From the NCBI GenBank assembly GCA_019057475.1, contig DXJO01000007.1, positions 1 to 64,000 of the forward strand: a DNA stretch of 64,000 bases, written 5' to 3'. The notes beneath the pieces are model-generated. The model was not told the origin of the DNA. It ran no database searches and was given only the letters and a program-made list of their open reading frames with translations. Below, one piece after another: positions 29,200-39,100 of the stretch (position 1 is its first letter; every line of letters begins with the position of its first letter). The DNA is from Candidatus Thorarchaeota archaeon (GTDB lineage: Archaea; Asgardarchaeota; Thorarchaeia; Thorarchaeales; Thorarchaeaceae). The position numbers and the translations under genes are program-made.

Positions 29200-30870
29200 A
29201 TGTTAGTTGAATGTGTAATTGACGAGCTGTTGAAACTAATCGGCAAGAAACTGACGATGGAGCAGCTGGAGGACGCGTTATTCCTCGTGAAGGCGGAGAT
29301 AGACAAGGCGGATGATAAAATCATTGTGATCGAAATCAATCCCGACCGTACAGACATGCTGTCAACAGAAGGCATAGCGCGCGCCCTGAGAACATTCTTG
29401 AATGTAAGTTCGGGGATAACGGAGTACCCTGTTAAGAAGTCAGGACTCGAGATCATTGTCAAACCAGGGCTCAAGAAGATTAGGGAGTTCATTGCCTGCG
29501 GTATTGTGAAAAGCGTGCAGACAAGTGATGAGCTCATCAAAGAGTATATGCACCTACAAGAGGCCCTGACTACTACACATGGAAGGAACCGCAAGAAGGC
29601 CAGCATCGGCCTCTACGTTTTCGATGAAATCGAGTTTCCGGTGGTTTATTGTCCGGCAAGACCGGAGTCTATACGATTTGCGCCATTGGGCACTGAAGCA
29701 GAGATGGATGGTCCCACAATCATCAATGAGCATGAGAAAGGCGTTCTGTACGGACCGATTATATCGAAGCACAAGAAGTGGCCGCTCTTAATTGACTCCA
29801 AGGGCACAACCTTGAGCCTTCCGCCCATCATCAACAGCAACACATTGGGCCAAGTGGATATGACGACCCGAAACTTGTTCATCGAAGTAACAGGAACTCA
29901 CAAGAAGACAGTTGATCAAGCTCTGAACATCATGGTGACTTCTCTAGCTGAGCGAGGGGGCAATCTGGAATCAGTGACCGTACGTTATCCCAATGGCACC
30001 TCCATCATAACTCCCAACTTGAAGCCGAAGAAAATGCTCCTAAAAGTGGAGAATGTTGTCGGACTTACAGGGCTTTCACTCTCAGATGCGGAAACTGCAG
30101 TCTGCCTACAGAAGATGGGCTACGACGCACGAATCGGGGGAAAAGGGAATCTAGAAGTCAAGGTTCCAGCATATCGCACTGATGTTCTTCACCCAGTTGA
30201 TCTGATAGAGGATGTGGCAATAGGATATGGCTTTGATAGAATCGAACCGTCGATACCACAGACAGCAACATCAGGGAAACTGCTGCCTATCACTCGGCTC
30301 AAGAACAAAATTAGAGACCTATTGGTTGGCACGGGGTACCAAGAAATCAAGAGCTATGTCATGACATCGCCTGAAATTATGAATATCAAAATGCAAAGGA
30401 ATAAGCCACTGACTGTCACTGGGAACCCAAAGAGCCGAGATTACTCAGTTCTCAGAAACTCGCTCTTGCCAGTTCTGCTCGATTTTGCCTCTCAGAATCA
30501 GCATGCAGACTATCCTCAACGAATCTTTGAGGTGGGAGATGTCGTTATGCCTAATGCAAAAGAGCGGACGCGAACGAAACAAGTTCCACATGTATGCCGC
30601 TTGATCGTTGATACTCGTGTCAATATCACCGAGATGCTCACGGAGATGGGATTCATTCTACGGAACTTGGGTCTTGGCAGCAGAATCGAGTTCGCCGCTG
30701 AAAAGACTCCCGAATTCATAGACGGGAGATCTGGAAAAATCCTGATAAACGGAGAACCCGTGGGTGTCTTTGGCGAGGTTTCACCAGAGGTGCTGGATAA
30801 TTTCGGTATTGGAATGCCAGTGGTCGCATTCGAGATGGAGTTGCCAATAAATGGCATGTGGATAATGTAA
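29200..30870 (+). CDS. pheT: phenylalanine--tRNA ligase beta subunit
   Basis: NPDR.D.LS.EGIAR, GRNRKK.SIG, SLPPIIN, YRTDVLH..DLIEDVAIGYG; start placed at ATG 29200, just after the pheS stop. Confidence 0.95.
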   Translation: MLVECVIDELLKLIGKKLTMEQLEDALFLVKAEIDKADDKIIVIEINPDRTDMLSTEGIARALRTFLNVSSGITEYPVKKSGLEIIVKPGLKKIREFIACGIVKSVQTSDELIKEYMHLQEALTTTHGRNRKKASIGLYVFDEIEFPVVYCPARPESIRFAPLGTEAEMDGPTIINEHEKGVLYGPIISKHKKWPLLIDSKGTTLSLPPIINSNTLGQVDMTTRNLFIEVTGTHKKTVDQALNIMVTSLAERGGNLESVTVRYPNGTSIITPNLKPKKMLLKVENVVGLTGLSLSDAETAVCLQKMGYDARIGGKGNLEVKVPAYRTDVLHPVDLIEDVAIGYGFDRIEPSIPQTATSGKLLPITRLKNKIRDLLVGTGYQEIKSYVMTSPEIMNIKMQRNKPLTVTGNPKSRDYSVLRNSLLPVLLDFASQNQHADYPQRIFEVGDVVMPNAKERTRTKQVPHVCRLIVDTRVNITEMLTEMGFILRNLGLGSRIEFAAEKTPEFIDGRSGKILINGEPVGVFGEVSPEVLDNFGIGMPVVAFEMELPINGMWIM

Positions 30871-30976
30871 TCCCCATCGGGTGCTGATAAGAATCCCCGC
30901 AGAAAAGATATAAGAACACGCTAGAACGCTTGTTTTGTAGCGCGAAATTTAGTTCTGGCTACGGGGTACCACTCGA

Positions 30977-31570
30977 ATGACTGAAATGCAGCCATCAGCG
31001 GCCGATGCTGATGATACAAGCACCGGATTCAAGTATAGAGTGGTATTGTTGGGAGAGGCTTCTGTAGGCAAGACTTCACTTCTCAGAAGGTTCGCTGAGA
31101 ATGTGTTCGATGAAGTATACAAACAGACCATAGGAACCACTTTTGCCTCCAAGGATGTTGCTGTCGTTGGCGAAGATGGTATGAAGCGCAATGTGCGTCT
31201 CGTGGTTTGGGACATGGCGGGTCAAGCAACATACCGCGAGTTGAGACGCCAGTTCATGAAAGGAGCATCCGCTGCAGTGATAGTGTACGACGTTACCAGG
31301 CCAGAAACTTTCATGAGTTGCAATAATTGGTTCGAGGCGTTTCGTGAAACATGCCCTGAAGCAGCAGTCATCGTCGCTGCGAATAAGATTGACTTGGAAG
31401 AAGAGAGGATTGTGCCAATAGAGCCCGGATGGATGTTACGGGACTGGTTCCAAGCCAATTACTATGAAACCTCTGCAAAGACCGGAGCCAAGGTTACTGA
31501 TGTCTTCACTAAAGTTGCTGAGATTGTTCTTAAGAGAGGCTTGGGTCAACGTAGTGACCTAGCCATGTGA
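30977..31570 (+). CDS. Ras-superfamily small GTPase (Rab-like)
   Basis: G1 GEASVGKTS, G2 YKQTIG, G3 WDMAGQ, G4 NKID, G5 ETSAK. Confidence 0.93.
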   Translation: MTEMQPSAADADDTSTGFKYRVVLLGEASVGKTSLLRRFAENVFDEVYKQTIGTTFASKDVAVVGEDGMKRNVRLVVWDMAGQATYRELRRQFMKGASAAVIVYDVTRPETFMSCNNWFEAFRETCPEAAVIVAANKIDLEEERIVPIEPGWMLRDWFQANYYETSAKTGAKVTDVFTKVAEIVLKRGLGQRSDLAM

Positions 31571-31610
31571 CATTCACCAAATCATCAATAATCAGCAGGA
31601 GAGAAACAAA

Positions 31611-32015
31611 GTGCTAGTGAGTGACTTCATGACCAAGATGATCATCACCGCGGAAGTGTCGACCCTAGTAACTGACGCGGCCCGAGTGATGGCTGCAGAA
31701 GACATCGGCTGTCTTGTTGTGACAAAGGGAGATGTGCTAGCAGGCATTGTAGCACAACGTGATTTAATCGGAGCACATCTTCTCTCAGAGGAGGTCTATC
31801 GTACGATGGTGCTCGCAGATATAATGACAACCCCTGTGGTCACCGTAAGCCCTGAAGCAGACTTGGGGCAGCTCGTCGCCCTCATGCATCAGAGTGGAAG
31901 AAGGCACATTCCCGTGGTTGTTGGTGACGCCATCACTGGGATAATAACAGCCACTGACGTTATCAGAGTTCTGGCCACGATGAAGATGATTGCAGATAGC
32001 GGAAGCGATGACTAA
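31611..32015 (+). CDS. CBS-domain pair protein
   Basis: VSDFMT...IGCLVV...GIV..RD; DIMTTPVVTVSP...RHIPVV...GIIT.TD. Confidence 0.9.
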   Translation: MLVSDFMTKMIITAEVSTLVTDAARVMAAEDIGCLVVTKGDVLAGIVAQRDLIGAHLLSEEVYRTMVLADIMTTPVVTVSPEADLGQLVALMHQSGRRHIPVVVGDAITGIITATDVIRVLATMKMIADSGSDD

Positions 32016-32731
32016 GCTGGCTGGTAGCGCTTGATTTCCTTCTTCATTTCCTTCTTTATCTTCAGTATATCTCGTGCTTGCAGTTCCTTTCTGCGGGGCA
32101 CAGCTGCCACGATACCATTCCACTTGTCAATTTTCACCATTATTGGATCACTTGGTACAATTTTGGTTATCTCCGCTTTCGAGGAGGCCATCTGATCCAA
32201 GACTGCTCCGGCCTTGCAGCCCATCTTCAGTGTTGCGACCATTGCTTCAAGCTGAGCAGCAATCTGTATGCCTGCATGTGGTGACACCGACCCTCCTGTC
32301 GCAATCGGATCTTCGACTGGTGCTGGAGCAACTTGAGCAGGTGCGGGTGCAGGTTTAGGTGCAGGGAGTGGGGAAGGAGTAGTAGCGGGAGCGATAGTCG
32401 GAGCAGAGGTGGGAGCAGAAGCGGGAGCAGGAATGTTCTGAACCATCGTCTGTATCTCTTGGCGGAAACTATCCAGGGTTGAATTGACTGAAGTATTGAG
32501 ACTTGCTAGATCGCCCCTGATTGCCGCAATTGCATCCTCCTGAAACGCCCCTTGTGCTTGGGTTTGAGGGATTGTCTGGATAGCCGTCATGATTTGTTCC
32601 GTTGCTATCCGGACTTCAGACTTGATCTCGTTAAGTGCGCTCAGGAGCGTTACCATACGCTTGAGTGTTTCACCCAGAGACGCGATGCTAGATTCTATCT
32701 CAGTAAGTCGACTCAGGAATTGCTCTGCCAT
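32012..32731 (-). CDS. hypothetical protein: N-terminal coiled coil, Pro/Ala linker, C-terminal helical domain
   Basis: Heptad pattern after the likely start MAEQFLSRL; low-complexity PAPASAPTSAP linker. Confidence 0.75.
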   Translation of the reverse strand: MAEQFLSRLTEIESSIASLGETLKRMVTLLSALNEIKSEVRIATEQIMTAIQTIPQTQAQGAFQEDAIAAIRGDLASLNTSVNSTLDSFRQEIQTMVQNIPAPASAPTSAPTIAPATTPSPLPAPKPAPAPAQVAPAPVEDPIATGGSVSPHAGIQIAAQLEAMVATLKMGCKAGAVLDQMASSKAEITKIVPSDPIMVKIDKWNGIVAAVPRRKELQARDILKIKKEMKKEIKRYQPA

Positions 32732-32898
32732 AGGTGCCACCCATTCATAGTTGACATCAGCTTGAGAGAATCCTAGCAATAAAGGCTTTGTCTGACGGGT
32801 GTCAACGCATGCCCGCAAGATTGGGAGGACACACGCACAGAAGCGTTAAATGTCAAAGATTGGGAATCCACAAGAGAGGAATCTAGGACGGTAATAGG

Positions 32899-33498
32899 TT
32901 GAACTCTGAACCAGTTTCGCACATGTTTAAGCTAGTTGCCCTAGGGGACGGGGCAGTCGGCAAGACTAGTTGCATTAAAAGATACACAGAGGACAGCTTT
33001 AGCGAGCAGTACATCATGACGATTGGTACGACCTTCGCGCTCAAGACAGTTGAGGTCGATTCGCCCGAGGGACATAAGATTACAGCACGAGTTGTTTTAT
33101 GGGATCTGGCAGGACAGCCCACGTACAACGAACTGCGTCGCCGTTACATGGCCGGCGCGTCGATGGGCATAATTGTCTATGATGTCACTCGTCCTCAGAC
33201 ATTTCTGGATATCGGCGAGTGGTTCACGAAATTCATCACAGTCTGCCCCAATGCTGTTGTTGCTGTGGTTGCCAACAAAATTGACAGGTCGGATAGGCTT
33301 GTGCCACCTGAAGCAGGCGATATGGTGAAGGAGTGGCTGGATGTTCTGCACTATGAAACTTCAGCCAAGAGCGGGGAAAATGTAGACACACTATTCACTG
33401 AGCTGGTTCTTAGGGCGATTGAGAAACAGAAGAAGCTAGGTCCGATGGAGCCAGGATTCCATGGTTCATCTCAATCGAAACCCTTTAAGACGACGTAG
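32899..33498 (+). CDS. Ras-superfamily small GTPase (Rab-like), second copy
   Basis: GDGAVGKTS, YIMTIG, WDLAGQ, NKID, ETSAKSG.NV. Confidence 0.93.
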   Translation: MNSEPVSHMFKLVALGDGAVGKTSCIKRYTEDSFSEQYIMTIGTTFALKTVEVDSPEGHKITARVVLWDLAGQPTYNELRRRYMAGASMGIIVYDVTRPQTFLDIGEWFTKFITVCPNAVVAVVANKIDRSDRLVPPEAGDMVKEWLDVLHYETSAKSGENVDTLFTELVLRAIEKQKKLGPMEPGFHGSSQSKPFKTT

Positions 33499-33519
33499 AA
33501 TACTCCCAGATATGGGCTG

Positions 33520-34062
33520 GTGCCAATGGTTCAGAGAGGGCAAATTGTCAAAGGGGCTTTGGCTCACTTCTTGCTGTTGGTCATTAATTTCTTCGTCCTG
33601 CTTGGTGTGATTGAGAGTCTACAGATATTCACCGACGACTTACCGATTATCAACGCGATTATTCTTGGCTACATGTTGCTACACACGATATCTTTGCTCA
33701 CAATACAGTTGAGCATCCAGATTCTTCAACTGATTAGAATTAGGACGCCATCTTTTCTTATTAGCTACTACTTCAGATTCGATGATGATGAAGCCATCCC
33801 GATCTCCCTGCTAGACCCCACCAAGAGCAGGCTGGCTGTGGTCATTCTTCTTCTAATTATCAGCGGAGGACCAATACTCTATCCAATATTCGCTGTGTAC
33901 GGCTTCTTCCTAGCCTACGCGCATCTTGCTTCCATTATCATCGACCCGTTGACGATTCTCTACTACTTCGAGGTGTTCTTGAATTACATGCCACCTGTAC
34001 TTGTGATTATAGTAGCCATTGTGATCATCTCGATTGTGGCCATTGAGTTCAGACATGTCTAG
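33520..34062 (+). CDS. hypothetical integral membrane protein (about 4 TM)
   Basis: Long hydrophobic segments; 21 bp after the GTPase gene. Confidence 0.75.
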   Translation: MPMVQRGQIVKGALAHFLLLVINFFVLLGVIESLQIFTDDLPIINAIILGYMLLHTISLLTIQLSIQILQLIRIRTPSFLISYYFRFDDDEAIPISLLDPTKSRLAVVILLLIISGGPILYPIFAVYGFFLAYAHLASIIIDPLTILYYFEVFLNYMPPVLVIIVAIVIISIVAIEFRHV

Positions 34063-34142
34063 TAAGCCCGGAAGAGCACCCGACACGCGTGTTGCGACGC
34101 ATGTGTTTATATCGCTACGAACTTCTTGCAGCCCGACTCACA

Positions 34143-35498
34143 TTGAAACGACCCGACGTAATAGTAGTTGGTGCAGGGACAGCAGGCTGTGTTACTGCGA
34201 AACGGTGCGCTGAACTGGGACTGAAGACCATGCTTCTTGACCGCAGACAAGAACCAGAGATTGGGAAAAAGGTCTGCGGGGATGAGATCAGCAAGTCACA
34301 CTTCGAGTTCACAGGAATCGAACCACCACACGGCAATGAAATATCATCTGAAGTCAAGGGTGCGGACGTCTATCCGCCCAACATGTCGAACGAGCTGCAG
34401 GTTAGAGGATGGGACGAATTCGATGGTTGGACAATTGACAGACCGCTATTTGGACAGCGGCTGCTCCAGAGAGCGGTGCAAGTGGGGGTGGTCTTCAAGC
34501 CAGAAGTTCACGTTATCGGGCCAATGCTCATGCAGGAGAGGGTGGCCGGAGTAGTGTATCTCGACCGCAACACCGATGAAAAGATGGCAATCAGTTGCAA
34601 GCTGGTAGTGGATGCAAGCGGTTTCGCTGGAGCAATCAGAAAGAAGCTGGACGATCCACTTGTTGAGCGCGACATTGCGAAGGAAGATGTCGCCTTATGT
34701 TACCGTGAGATACTGGACTTGAAGAATCCAATGGCAGAGCCAGAGGTGGCACGAGTATACCTGGGGGGTGATGCCGCTCCGCAAGGCTATGCATGGGTGT
34801 TCCCTAAGGGACCTAAGACAATCAACGCGGGTGTTGGAATCACTGGAGGGAAGGGAAAGGGGTCTCCCAAGAGTTACTTCGAGACCTTCAAGAAACAAAA
34901 CCCACTGTTACATGGCGCGCGTGTATTAGAAGGCGGAGGAGGAGCAGTGCCAATCAGGCGGCCAATGAAGAGCCTTGTGGCAGACGGAGTGGCTTTTGTA
35001 GGTGATGCCGCTTGGCAGGTTAATCCCATACATGGTGGTGGTATTGGAGCCGGAATGAGAGCTGGAATAATCCTAGGCGAAGTGGCAAAACAGGCCATAG
35101 CGAGGAAAGATGTGAGCGCAGGAGGCCTGTGGGGCTACAACACACTGTACCTTCGTAGATTTGGAAGAAGACTCGCTTCTCTAGAGGTATTCAAGAGGCT
35201 TCTCCAAGCAGTCAGTGACGATGATATGAACTATGGCTTCGAGAAGCGCCTGCTCGAAGCAAACGACCTGATGGCTGCAAATCGCGGTGACGGATTATCA
35301 ATTAGCATGAGAAACAAGATAGGCAAGGCAAAAAGAGGCGCCTCACGCGTCAAACTCCTATTGAAGCTGCAGAAAGCGGCCAGTCTTATGAAGAAAGTTG
35401 ACCGCCACTATGCTCAATACCCCGGAACTCCAGACGGTCTTGAGAATTGGGCACGTGGCACCGATAAGATTATGGCTTCAGCTAAATTTGGCTCGTGA
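34143..35498 (+). CDS. geranylgeranyl reductase family (digeranylgeranylglycerophospholipid reductase-like)
   Basis: DVIVVGAGTAG, KVCG, GYAWVFPKG, VGDAA.QVNP.HGGGI; TTG start chosen just before the Rossmann motif. Confidence 0.9.
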   Translation: MKRPDVIVVGAGTAGCVTAKRCAELGLKTMLLDRRQEPEIGKKVCGDEISKSHFEFTGIEPPHGNEISSEVKGADVYPPNMSNELQVRGWDEFDGWTIDRPLFGQRLLQRAVQVGVVFKPEVHVIGPMLMQERVAGVVYLDRNTDEKMAISCKLVVDASGFAGAIRKKLDDPLVERDIAKEDVALCYREILDLKNPMAEPEVARVYLGGDAAPQGYAWVFPKGPKTINAGVGITGGKGKGSPKSYFETFKKQNPLLHGARVLEGGGGAVPIRRPMKSLVADGVAFVGDAAWQVNPIHGGGIGAGMRAGIILGEVAKQAIARKDVSAGGLWGYNTLYLRRFGRRLASLEVFKRLLQAVSDDDMNYGFEKRLLEANDLMAANRGDGLSISMRNKIGKAKRGASRVKLLLKLQKAASLMKKVDRHYAQYPGTPDGLENWARGTDKIMASAKFGS

Positions 35499-35511
35499 CG
35501 AGCCAGCTTTC

Positions 35512-36555
35512 TTAGGTGGTCATCCCGTCAACGTCCCTGATGCCATCCTTGCATACTCTGAAGATGGCTTCGCCTTCAGGCAAATTCGGTGAGTCTACCA
35601 GTCTGCAAATCCTACGTTCACCCTTGGACTTTCTTAGATAGCAACGTGTCTGAGGTACGTGAGCCAGAACATGCCCACCGACAGGTGTTGTTGGATCACC
35701 AAAGAAAGCGTCGGGACGCGACATCACCTGATTCGTGATATAGATAGCCATATTGGCGACCTCTGCACCCCGCTGTAGATGATGCAGGTGCTTGTTGAGC
35801 TTCTGCTGTCGTGCCGCTAGAGTACCGCGACCTGTGTATTCAGCTCTGAAGTGACTGGTCACTGAGTCAAGAACGAGAAGCTTGGCATTTAGCTCTGTGG
35901 CCATCTCCAGTGCTTGGTCACATAACAAAATCTGATGATCGGAATTGAACGCTCGTGCCCACACCACGTTCTTCAGAACTTTCTTGGGATCAAGACCCAC
36001 AGCCTCAGCCATGTCAACAAGACGCTCCGGACGGAAAGTACCCTCGGTATCCACATAGATCGCTGTTGCGCTCAAGCCTCCCTTGTCAGGAGGTAGTTGA
36101 ACATTGACAGCCAGCTGGTGAGCCATCTGTGTCTTCCCCGAACGGAACGAACCGTACATCTCGGTGATACTCTGGGTTTCAAGACCGCCGCCGAAGAGCT
36201 CGTCAAGAGCCTTAGAGCCAGTACTGATTCTACCAGCCGTTCTGCGCCGCTCTAGCATTAGGTCAGCTGTTTCGAAGCCGATATCCAACATCTCTCTTGC
36301 TGCCTTGACGATTTTCGTCGCAGTTGTTTCGCCGATTGAGCCGGCTGCTGCAAGCTCTCTCGGTGAAGCCACTGCAATCGCCTCAACACTCTTGTAACCT
36401 GACTCAGCTAGCCTTTTTCCAATTGCAGGTCCGACGCCTGGAAGATCGGTCACATCGAGACTGGCGTTAGCTTCTGCACTGGCCTCTAATGTAGAATCTT
36501 TCCCTTCATCAAACTCCTCGTAGTCAACATCATCCTTGTCCTTCTTTGCTGGAAT
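35512..36555 (-). CDS. radA: DNA repair and recombination protein RadA
   Basis: N-terminal HhH (DLPGVG), Walker [22 protein letters not shown], Walker B LLVLDS, FRAEY.GRGTLA.RQQ, GGHVLAH; start codon uncertain (see findings). Confidence 0.97.
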   Translation of the reverse strand: MPAKKDKDDVDYEEFDEGKDSTLEASAEANASLDVTDLPGVGPAIGKRLAESGYKSVEAIAVASPRELAAAGSIGETTATKIVKAAREMLDIGFETADLMLERRRTAGRISTGSKALDELFGGGLETQSITEMYGSFRSGKTQMAHQLAVNVQLPPDKGGLSATAIYVDTEGTFRPERLVDMAEAVGLDPKKVLKNVVWARAFNSDHQILLCDQALEMATELNAKLLVLDSVTSHFRAEYTGRGTLAARQQKLNKHLHHLQRGAEVANMAIYITNQVMSRPDAFFGDPTTPVGGHVLAHVPQTRCYLRKSKGERRICRLVDSPNLPEGEAIFRVCKDGIRDVDGMTT

Positions 36556-36781
36556 CCTAAAGACCTCCCTCAAGTGCTTGGTACGCTGAATTTCACCGAC
36601 GCAAAGCACGTGGCTAAGCTATGGTGGATTCATACAGTATAAAAATGGCACTAGTTGCGGCACCGAGTGAGTATGCGATGAAGACAGGATTCGACGAACC
36701 TAATCAAGCGAACCGTACAATGGGATTGGTCTGTCTTTAAGAGGCAGTGTGGTGCGTTTGTGAAACTGAGGTTCCGGTGAA

Positions 36782-37090
36782 TCAGAGCTTAGTCAGAGTA
36801 ACAAGAATAAACTCTTCTTGAGGAGCAATGCGAATTCCACCGAAGGTCGTTTGAACCTGGATGAAATGCAAATCACCGCCCTCATTGACCTGTCTGATGA
36901 TTTCTTTTGTCTTACCGATGAGGGCACTGAGCAGCGCCGATATCTCTTCAGCTCTTTCTAGACTTACGCCCCAGCTGTTTATCGGAAAGCCCTCTGGACT
37001 GATGAAGAGTGCGGCATAGACGTCCGGAAACTTGCTGGTAATATTCTGGATTATTCGTTCAAAGATCTCCCGCTTTGGCATTGCCGGCAT
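36782..37090 (-). CDS. Roadblock/LC7-domain protein
   Basis: A.FISPEGFPI.S.....E.ISAL.S.L......L..I.V.T..G.I.IAP...FILV. Confidence 0.85.
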   Translation of the reverse strand: MPAMPKREIFERIIQNITSKFPDVYAALFISPEGFPINSWGVSLERAEEISALLSALIGKTKEIIRQVNEGGDLHFIQVQTTFGGIRIAPQEEFILVTLTKL

Positions 37091-37437
37091 GAGTTACACA
37101 TCCGTGGTTGTCGCTGGACTTCCCGTATTAAGAAAAAGGGAAAATAAGAGAACAAAAGGTTTGCCATTGTAGACTTCTCGTATCAGCTTCGGAAATTCAC
37201 CACTTCCTCAAGACTGTCGGAGGAGCATCGAAGGGCTTCATGACCACACGGGATGCCTAAGCATTGCTCTACATCTGGCAATACGTCTAAGCTATCCTTA
37301 TGAAACACCACAAATCTATTTCTGGTAAGGATTACCTGAAACGCCGAGCTGACGCTGCTACGCGTTTGGCCTTTCAGTTTCTCCGTAGGCGTGCTGTTCC
37401 TCAATGATGACCAGCCGCAGTCAGTAATAGATCAGAT

Positions 37438-38787
37438 GTGTGTGCAATGGCTGAGTTTATAGAATGCCCAGAGTGTAGCAAGAGAATTCGCAAAGGATCA
37501 ACCTTCTGCTTGCATTGTGGAATCAGAATCGGAAAGGATATGAAATCTATGGGCAGTCCTATCGTCACGGAGAATGCGCCAAGCACTGAAACTGCTGGCG
37601 TGGAGGGTCTTGAGGACAAGATGGCAGACATGCTAGCACAATCTGGTTTGCCGACCACAGTGCACTCTACAGAGGCACCGACCAGCTCAGATGCAGAAGA
37701 AGACGTTCTTCCTGATATCGATGACTCTGTTCTTCCAGAACCTGAAGAGGTTACACGAACTGAAGAAGAATCCACACTCGAAGCAACATCGCTCCCACCA
37801 GATAATGAACTGAGCTGGGAAGTTGATAATCCAGCCCCGGTAGAGGGGATGCCTGTTGTGGCAGCCGATGAGCTACCAGCCGCTCCTACCGAACCCGAAT
37901 CAGCTCGAGAGGTTGAAGTGCGCGATTACGATCATGTAAGTGCTGAGATGAATTGGGACACAGCGTCCATACCTGAGTTCTCTTCAGATGAAGTCAAGGA
38001 GGGCATGCCATTCAAGGAAGTGGCGCCTCCAAGGATTGCTGCAGATGACATAGCCACTTCAACAGATGATGCACTGCGGCACCTATTCCCGGATGAAATT
38101 GATGCTAGCACAACAGAAGCTGTTACACACCTATTCCCCAGGGGACGTGGAGATGCATCGCGTGACTTCGTCGACGTTGTGGTAGGAAAACCCAAGAAGA
38201 TTACCATCACATCCAAAATGCACGAACTGAAGACACCATCCTGTCCGAATTGCGGAACCACAATCACAGGAGATGGTTATGAGTACCCGTCTTACGTTTA
38301 CGAAGCCATGGGGAAAGCAAGGCTTGGACAGGGAGTTCAGAAGCAGAAGGAGAATGAGCACGAAAATGCCATCGAATCGTTCGAGATGGCCAAGACGCTT
38401 TTTGAGAGGGCGGAGAATCCCAAGGCGATTTTCGAAGCCCAGAAGAGAATAGATGGCGGCTATGAAGCAATGGCGGCGTCACATCTCACGCAGGGCGAGA
38501 TGCACTTCAAGGCTGGCGAGTTTGAATGGGCTGCAGTTCAATTCAAGAAAGCACGTGAGATCTTCATGTTTACAACTCGAGCCAAAATGAGAGCCAAGTG
38601 TTCCGAGAGGATACGTGCATCCTACGGTGCTTGGGGGAAGGCCATTGAATCTGATGGTGATCGATTGTCCAAAGAGGGTCGGTCAAGAGAAGCACTCGCG
38701 AAGTACCAACTTGCTGCCAGGAAGTACAAGGAGGCTGACGCTCCCAAGAGACTCAGGAATCTCGACAAGAAAATTCGCAAGGCATAG
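37438..38787 (+). CDS. zinc ribbon, acidic disordered linker, second zinc knuckle and TPR/SNAP-like helical repeats
   Basis: CPEC...CLHCG; E/D/P-rich middle; CPNCG; repeats of the form G......E...A...F..A...F. Confidence 0.75.
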   Translation: MCAMAEFIECPECSKRIRKGSTFCLHCGIRIGKDMKSMGSPIVTENAPSTETAGVEGLEDKMADMLAQSGLPTTVHSTEAPTSSDAEEDVLPDIDDSVLPEPEEVTRTEEESTLEATSLPPDNELSWEVDNPAPVEGMPVVAADELPAAPTEPESAREVEVRDYDHVSAEMNWDTASIPEFSSDEVKEGMPFKEVAPPRIAADDIATSTDDALRHLFPDEIDASTTEAVTHLFPRGRGDASRDFVDVVVGKPKKITITSKMHELKTPSCPNCGTTITGDGYEYPSYVYEAMGKARLGQGVQKQKENEHENAIESFEMAKTLFERAENPKAIFEAQKRIDGGYEAMAASHLTQGEMHFKAGEFEWAAVQFKKAREIFMFTTRAKMRAKCSERIRASYGAWGKAIESDGDRLSKEGRSREALAKYQLAARKYKEADAPKRLRNLDKKIRKA

Positions 38788-38863
38788 ACTGCAGCTAAGC
38801 CTTGATTCGGACAACAAAGAGATAAGCCTTCAGACATACATAGAACCTGCGGGGAATCGTGTT

Positions 38864-39091
38864 ATGCTTGAGTACATCATCGCTGCGGCTTTGGCTATTC
38901 TTGTGGTGTCAGTAATAATAGGGTTTGGTGTCAAGCGATCTGAGGTTTCGTCTCGATCCTCTGCACCACCTAACGTGTACGACAGGTCCTATTTCCCAGG
39001 CATTACTGGCTCAACCGCGGGGCCATTGCCATTGGAAGGAAGGACCGAGAGGAAGAAGACAGAAACTTTCCGACAACATAGTGACAATTAG
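38864..39091 (+). CDS. small single-pass membrane protein
   Basis: MLEYIIAAALAILVVSVIIGFGVKR, i.e. a TM helix plus basic residues; 75 aa. Confidence 0.55.
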   Translation: MLEYIIAAALAILVVSVIIGFGVKRSEVSSRSSAPPNVYDRSYFPGITGSTAGPLPLEGRTERKKTETFRQHSDN

Positions 39092-39100
39092 TTGCGGAAT

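Noticed and set aside
32330-32432. Repetitive GGAGC/GGTGC-rich DNA
   Set aside because: It simply encodes the Pro/Ala linker of the 32012-32731 protein and is not a CRISPR or other repeat element
36646-36741. Short plus-strand ORF starting MALVAAPSEY, superficially like the MALA peptides
   Set aside because: No similarity beyond three residues, and it lies in the radA upstream region
37183-37404. 73-aa minus-strand ORF upstream of the roadblock gene
   Set aside because: No recognisable motif or start signal; it cannot be supported, though it is not excluded
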